A stretch of DNA of 64,000 nucleotides, from NCBI GenBank assembly GCA_029884425.1, contig JAOUHV010000007.1, forward strand, positions 11,358-75,357. The letters are read 5' to 3'. Under the pieces are notes generated by a model that was not told where the DNA came from, made no database searches, and saw only the letters and a program-made list of their open reading frames with translations. Below, one piece after another: positions 59,386 to 64,000 of this stretch. A program made the translations under genes and the position numbers. This DNA comes from Gammaproteobacteria bacterium. Its GTDB lineage: Bacteria > Pseudomonadota > Gammaproteobacteria > S012-40. Numbering within the stretch: position 1 is the stretch's first letter; each line of letters starts with the position of its first letter.

Positions 59386-60876
59386 TCAGTAGCGGCGACG
59401 TCTGCCACCACCACCGGACCCACCCAGCAGCGATCCCAACAAACCACGCACTATCTGCCGGCCAATCTGGCTGCCGACGGCGCGGGCAGCGCTTTTGGCC
59501 ATGGTGCCGATGATGGACTCTGGTTCACGGGCGCCGCGCGCTGTTTTGGCCGTTGGTTTGATGTCTTGCTCGGCTTCCTGTTCGGCCAGCAGTTGCTCGC
59601 CTCTGGCTTGCAGGATTTCATGCGCCGATTCGCGATCAATGGGTGTGTTGTACTTGCTGGCCAAGGGAGAGCGGGACAGATGTTGCTGACGTTCCTCGTT
59701 GTTCAGCGGCCCAATGCGTGACTGCGGCGGGGCGATGAACACACGCTCAACCACGGTCGGCGAGCCCTTTTCGTCCAGCACTGACACCAATGCTTCACCC
59801 ACGCCCAGCTCGGCAATAACCGCCTCGACATCCAGTTTGGGGTTGGCGCGCAGGGTTTGTGCGGCGGCGCGGACGGCTTGCTGATCCTTGGGAGTGAACG
59901 CGCGCAGCGCATGCTGGACGCGATTACCCAGCTGACCGGCGATGCTGACCGGGATGTCAGAAGGTGTCTGGCTGATGAAGTACACGCCCACGCCTTTGGA
60001 GCGAATCAGGCGCACCACTTGTTCGATTTTGTCGACCAGCGCGGCAGGGGCGTTTTTGAACATCAGATGCGCTTCGTCAAAGAACAACACCAGCTTGGGG
60101 CGATCGGCGTCGCCGACCTCGGGCAGTTGTTCAAACAGCTCGGCCAACAGCCACAACAGGAAGGTAGCGTACAGGCGTGGCTTGGACATCAGTGTGGTGG
60201 CATCGAGCATGCTGACCACGCCGTTGCCGGAAAAATCCACCTGCATCATGTCTTGCAGTTGCAGTGCAGGTTCGGCAAAAAATGCCTCGGCACCTTCCTG
60301 CTCTAGCACCAACAGGCTGCGTTGGATTGCGCCGATGCTGGCGCTGGAAATATTGCCGTAATCCTTTTGCAGTGACTTGGCGTTGTCGGCCATCCAGCCG
60401 AGCATGGCGCGCAGGTCTTTCAGGTCCAGCAACAGCAAGCCTTCGTCATCGGCGAGTTTGAAACAGGCGTACAGAACGGCTTGCTGGGTTTCGCTCAACT
60501 CCATCAAGTTGCTCAGCAGCAGGGGGCCCATTTCAGAAATAGTGGTGCGTACCGGATGGCCGGCCTTGCCGAACAGGTCCCAGAAAATCACCGGGAACGG
60601 GCGAGGCTGGAACTGGCTGAGACCGAGTTGTTTTACCCGTGCCTGGATGCGCTCGTTGGGTGTGCCGGCCTTGGCCAGGCCAGACAAATCGCCTTTCACG
60701 TCGGTGACAAACACCGGCACGCCGGCCTGCGCAAAACCTTCGACCAGCGATTGCAGTGTGACCGTTTTACCGGTGCCGGTGGCGCCGGTGATCAAGCCGT
60801 GGCGATTGCCCATCCGCAGTTGCAAGCCTACCTGGGTGTGGTCGTTACCGCCGACCAGAATTGTGTTTGGGTTCAT
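59386..60876 (-). CDS. DUF853 / HerA-like P-loop ATPase (E. coli YjgR homologue)
   Basis: Walker A GATGTGKT near the N-terminus. About 500 aa with a Gly/Arg-rich C-terminal tail (GGSGGGGRRRRY), typical of the YjgR family. Confidence 0.75.
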   Translation of the reverse strand: MNPNTILVGGNDHTQVGLQLRMGNRHGLITGATGTGKTVTLQSLVEGFAQAGVPVFVTDVKGDLSGLAKAGTPNERIQARVKQLGLSQFQPRPFPVIFWDLFGKAGHPVRTTISEMGPLLLSNLMELSETQQAVLYACFKLADDEGLLLLDLKDLRAMLGWMADNAKSLQKDYGNISSASIGAIQRSLLVLEQEGAEAFFAEPALQLQDMMQVDFSGNGVVSMLDATTLMSKPRLYATFLLWLLAELFEQLPEVGDADRPKLVLFFDEAHLMFKNAPAALVDKIEQVVRLIRSKGVGVYFISQTPSDIPVSIAGQLGNRVQHALRAFTPKDQQAVRAAAQTLRANPKLDVEAVIAELGVGEALVSVLDEKGSPTVVERVFIAPPQSRIGPLNNEERQQHLSRSPLASKYNTPIDRESAHEILQARGEQLLAEQEAEQDIKPTAKTARGAREPESIIGTMAKSAARAVGSQIGRQIVRGLLGSLLGGSGGGGRRRRY

Positions 60877-60995
60877 ACTTTCGTCCTGAGATGAAATATC
60901 TAAGCTGGCTGAATATTACCAGCGAAGCCGCGTTTTATCGCATAGGAAAAACAAAAAAATCGTGCTTGCCGACGCGACTGGCGTTGATGAGCCGG

Positions 60996-62696
60996 TCACG
61001 ATTCGGGATACAGGCGCGGCAGGGCAGTTGCCCTGGTGGCACTGGCAGGGGTGAGCGGTTTTTCAGCCATGCGCAGGGCCTCCGCCAGCGCTGCACTATT
61101 CCATGCATGGGCGGACTGACTGTACAGGGCACGGTTGAGTTGATCGCACTGCGTTTTTACATCGGGTCCTAGTCGTTGTGCCAGTTCATCCAGGCTGGTT
61201 GGCGCTTGTTCGGGCCAACGGGCCTGTCCCCAGCGGAGCAGCGTTTCCCGTGTCAGCGCGGCGTTGTTTTGTTCACAGGCGGCCAGCACCTCACGCAATG
61301 ATGCTGTTGGTGTCGTGGCGGATTGTGGTGATGACTTTTGGGGCGGAGGTGTACGGCGAAGTTTGCGCAGCAACACTAGGGTACTGATCAACCATCCCAA
61401 ACCGAGTGCCAAGGCGATCCAGAACCAGTGAGAATTGGCTGCTGGCGCGGACGACTGGGGCTCGGCATGGGGCGCGGATTCGATAGCGGGGGCAATCGTG
61501 TCGGGCGTGCTGCTGATGCTCGCAGGCGAACCGGCGAGACTGCCGGCGCCAATGTGGAGGGTGCGCGCTGGCAAGGTTACCTGTTCCATGCGGTTGCTCT
61601 GGGTGTTCCACCAAGGCAGGGTGATGGCCGGTAACACCAACTCGCCTTCGCGAGTGGGAATCAAGGCGATTTTTTGTTGGCGTATGCCGGTGATGCCCTG
61701 GTTGTCGGCCAGATTGTCGACATGGGCCTGATCAGGATAAGTTTTAAAACCGTCGATGGGTTGGGTCATCAGTTCGGGCAATTGCGCGCCAGTCAAACCG
61801 GTTGCTTTCAAGGTCAAGGTGCGGGTGATGGGCTCGCCCACTTTAAAATCCGTTTGCGTTGGCCAGTCTTCGCTGATGGTCAACTGACGTGCCGGCAACC
61901 AATATTGGCCGTGTGCATTGGCGGGAATGGGCTTGATTGTCAATGCAATCGGGTTGGAGCGAACGCGTTTGCTGACAACATTGCGATCGAACAATCCAAA
62001 ATTACCCTGACTTTCGATGACTTGTGCGGACACATCGATGGGCGCAATGTTGAGCGAGCCACTTTGCTGGGCAAACACGGCGTATTTGCGCTCGACTACG
62101 ATATAGCGCCGGCCTTGGCGTTGAGTTTCAAACACTGCATCGTCGCCTAATTTTTCAATGCTGGCATCAGCGCCGCTGATTTTCGGTTCAGTCATGCTGG
62201 CACCGTTGATGTTCACCGCGCGATAAAAGCGGATGGTGTAAACCACTTGCGCTTGCACAAATGCGCTGGTTTGATCGACGCGGGCCTCAAGAATGAGATC
62301 AGCGCGATTGTCGGCATTGCTGTTGTTGGTCGCTGCCTGATCGACGACTTGCAACTGGGCAGGACGACTTTTATCGCTGCCAAATTGAATCACCGGAATA
62401 GTGATAGTTCCCACGCGCTTGGCCATGGCATTGACCGTCCAGCGGGTTTGGCGGGACATGCTGCCGTTAATGATTTGCACGTTCGAACTTTTACCCTGTG
62501 ACAGAATGTCAAAATCTTTTTGCAGTGGTGTGAAGTCAGGATCATCATCGACATCGCTGCTGGCCTGGAAAATGAGGCTGAACGATTCGTTGAGTTGCAC
62601 CGGGTTGCGATCGACACTTACCTCAATGCTGGCGGCTTGAGCGACGCCGACGACCAAACTGAAAATCAGCAACAGATTTCTCAAAATGCTTACCAT
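60996..62696 (-). CDS. batD: BatD-family (aerotolerance operon) membrane-anchored protein
   Basis: Signal peptide, long extracytoplasmic beta-rich domain, a single TM near residue ~430 (WFWIALALGLGWLISTLVLL) and a cytoplasmic tail. This is the BatD architecture. 4-bp overlap with the upstream VWA-TPR gene. Confidence 0.7.
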   Translation of the reverse strand: MVSILRNLLLIFSLVVGVAQAASIEVSVDRNPVQLNESFSLIFQASSDVDDDPDFTPLQKDFDILSQGKSSNVQIINGSMSRQTRWTVNAMAKRVGTITIPVIQFGSDKSRPAQLQVVDQAATNNSNADNRADLILEARVDQTSAFVQAQVVYTIRFYRAVNINGASMTEPKISGADASIEKLGDDAVFETQRQGRRYIVVERKYAVFAQQSGSLNIAPIDVSAQVIESQGNFGLFDRNVVSKRVRSNPIALTIKPIPANAHGQYWLPARQLTISEDWPTQTDFKVGEPITRTLTLKATGLTGAQLPELMTQPIDGFKTYPDQAHVDNLADNQGITGIRQQKIALIPTREGELVLPAITLPWWNTQSNRMEQVTLPARTLHIGAGSLAGSPASISSTPDTIAPAIESAPHAEPQSSAPAANSHWFWIALALGLGWLISTLVLLRKLRRTPPPQKSSPQSATTPTASLREVLAACEQNNAALTRETLLRWGQARWPEQAPTSLDELAQRLGPDVKTQCDQLNRALYSQSAHAWNSAALAEALRMAEKPLTPASATRATALPRLYPES

Positions 62697-64000
62697 GTTT
62701 CTTGCTCTTGCGGTTGATCCGTGGATTGCTGTTGATACTGGTAGAGAAATTTACGACGCAACAAACCACCGGGATCATCGGGAATGCGCCGCAGCCATTG
62801 TTCAGTGGCGATGTCTTGCTCCTTGGGCTGGCGGTCATCGGCCAGCGTAGCCTTGTCATCCTGCGGAGCCTTTGCGTTTTTCTCTTGCTGATTTTGAGCG
62901 GGATTGTTTTGGTCTCGATTATTTTGTTTCGCGTCCGCAGATGGTTTGGCATTGTCAGGGGACGCGTTGCCTGCCTGATCTTGCTTGTTTTTTTGTGCGC
63001 CAGCATCAGCGTTTTGCGATTGGTTTTGATCGGCCTTATCCTGCTGATCGCCTTTGTCGCCTTTGTCGCCTTTGTCGTTATTATCTTGCGATTGCTTTTG
63101 GTGCTGTTTTTTCACCAGATCCCGATTGAACTTGGCATCTTGATGTTGAGGATTAAGTTGCAATGCACGATCGTAGGCAGCGATGGCCTGCTCGTACTGG
63201 CGCATTTTAGCCAGGGCATTGCCGCGATTGTATTGGGCATCGGCATTGTCGATGCCTTCGAGCAGTTTCGCTGCCTGCGGATAATGTCCTGCGCGATAGT
63301 GTGCTGTCGCTTGCCATTGCGGATCGGTGAATGTTTTGGCGGCTTGCTCTGCCTGGCCTTGCTGTAATTGTTTTTCAGCGCGCTGATTATTGTTCAAAAA
63401 TAAATCCGACAGGGCGGATGCCTGTACCGGAGGTGGTGGCAACAGCACGACCAACACCAGCGCCAGATAGCCACGACGAAATACCAGTGGCGCAATCAAC
63501 AGCAGCGGCAGTAATAACCAGGGACCGTCTTCCCGCCACAAATCGGCGCGCATTTTTTCCGGTAATTCATTGTTGGCCTGTGAGGGTTGATGAAATCCGG
63601 CGGCCAGTTGCTGGATGTCGCTGTCATCGGCGCTGAGTCGTTGATATCGACCATTTCCCTGACTTGCCAACTGCCGCAATGGATGTTCATCCAGTTTGGG
63701 GATGACAATTTCACCACGACTGTTTTGTACAAAGCCACCGTTGCTGAGTTTGATCGGTGCGCCGGCAGCGGTGCCTACTGCGAGTACCGACAATGCGTGT
63801 GCCTGCTTCGTCAGTTGGGTTAATGTGGGTTGCAATTGTGATTTTTGCACGCCGTCGGTGATTAACAAAATATCTCCGCGAACGACGCCGGCTTGTTGCA
63901 GTAACTCACTGGCTTTGGCAACGGCAATGTCAGGACGTGAACCCTGTTGTGGCATCAGTTCAGTTTCCAAACTGTTCACCTGGGCAATAATGGTGTGGGT
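62690..64000 (-). CDS. VWA-domain plus TPR-repeat protein (BatB/BatC-like), 5' end beyond the window
   Basis: The C-terminal part of a vWA domain (...ILLITDGV...) and a TM (LLLPLLLIAPLVF) are followed by TPR repeats (AHYRAGHYPQAAKLL, YNRGNALAKMRQYEQAIAAYDRALQLNP) and a low-complexity Asp/Lys/Gln tail (KGDKGDKGD...). The reading frame is open to the window edge. Confidence 0.7.
   Translation of the reverse strand, partial: THTIIAQVNSLETELMPQQGSRPDIAVAKASELLQQAGVVRGDILLITDGVQKSQLQPTLTQLTKQAHALSVLAVGTAAGAPIKLSNGGFVQNSRGEIVIPKLDEHPLRQLASQGNGRYQRLSADDSDIQQLAAGFHQPSQANNELPEKMRADLWREDGPWLLLPLLLIAPLVFRRGYLALVLVVLLPPPPVQASALSDLFLNNNQRAEKQLQQGQAEQAAKTFTDPQWQATAHYRAGHYPQAAKLLEGIDNADAQYNRGNALAKMRQYEQAIAAYDRALQLNPQHQDAKFNRDLVKKQHQKQSQDNNDKGDKGDKGDQQDKADQNQSQNADAGAQKNKQDQAGNASPDNAKPSADAKQNNRDQNNPAQNQQEKNAKAPQDDKATLADDRQPKEQDIATEQWLRRIPDDPGGLLRRKFLYQYQQQSTDQPQEQETW

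Noticed and set aside
63040-63080. Tandem cgcctttgt repeats (3 copies) that could look like a micro-array
   Set aside because: It lies inside the BatB-like coding frame and encodes (KGD)n low-complexity protein sequence. It has no spacer/repeat architecture and is not CRISPR.

Overview
This window looks like a core chromosomal region of a gammaproteobacterium at roughly 50% GC. By gene content it may be a Methylococcales or Pseudomonas-like marine lineage, but that is only a guess. About 60 protein genes and three tRNAs are recognisable, and there are no transposases, integrases, CRISPR arrays or prophage hallmarks.

Recognisable housekeeping blocks, left to right:
- msrA and smpB, an SNF-family transporter, then ratA-like, an RnfH-family gene and bamE, which is the E. 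coli smpB-ratA-ratB-bamE neighbourhood.
- fur.
- A contiguous prkA-yeaH-spoVR stress/persistence operon.
- An HPF-cold-shock-domain fusion, an isolated fliA sigma-28 gene, and a DUF1249 (YqiB-like) gene.
- A LysR gene divergent from leuCDB-asd-fimV, which is Pseudomonas-like synteny.
- fabB-fabA, folD, a Pro-Arg-His tRNA cluster and arfB.
- greB, a B12-binding radical SAM gene, a DUF523/DUF1722 (TudS-like) gene and a Spy/CpxP-like gene.
- A cytochrome b561-dihaem c fusion, a lipoprotein alpha carbonic anhydrase, and an alkB-ABM-FeADH-pip cluster.
- An MCP, rimO, djlA, thioredoxin, a YjgR-like DUF853 ATPase, and the BatD/BatB aerotolerance genes. The window ends inside the BatB-like gene.

The less ordinary, accessory-looking content is all signalling or secretion related:
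1. A tight three-gene module (27.2-29.8 kb, minus strand) encoding a CheY-like receiver, a CheC/CheX-family phosphatase-like protein and a soluble multi-PAS histidine kinase. A paralogous orphan membrane histidine kinase lies 2 kb away and shares the same H-box.
2. Two tandem paralogous Rrf2 regulators that lack the Fe-S cysteine ligands, next to a CBS-domain protein, a GAF-GGDEF cyclase and an unclassified 165-aa protein.
3. A 1000-aa secreted beta-propeller plus DUF11-like protein. It ends in a hydrophobic helix and basic tail that resembles a C-terminal sorting signal, and it is directly followed by an uncharacterised polytopic membrane protein.

Smaller observations:
- A three-gene operon joined by TGATG start/stop overlaps that includes an unlisted 44-aa membrane peptide.
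- An isolated fliA followed by a 60-aa highly acidic protein that has its own SD and terminator.
- Several clean bidirectional rho-independent terminators.
- A near-consensus sigma-70 promoter for the tRNA cluster.

All functional calls come from reading the translated ORFs against remembered family signatures. No database search was possible, so family names carry that uncertainty.
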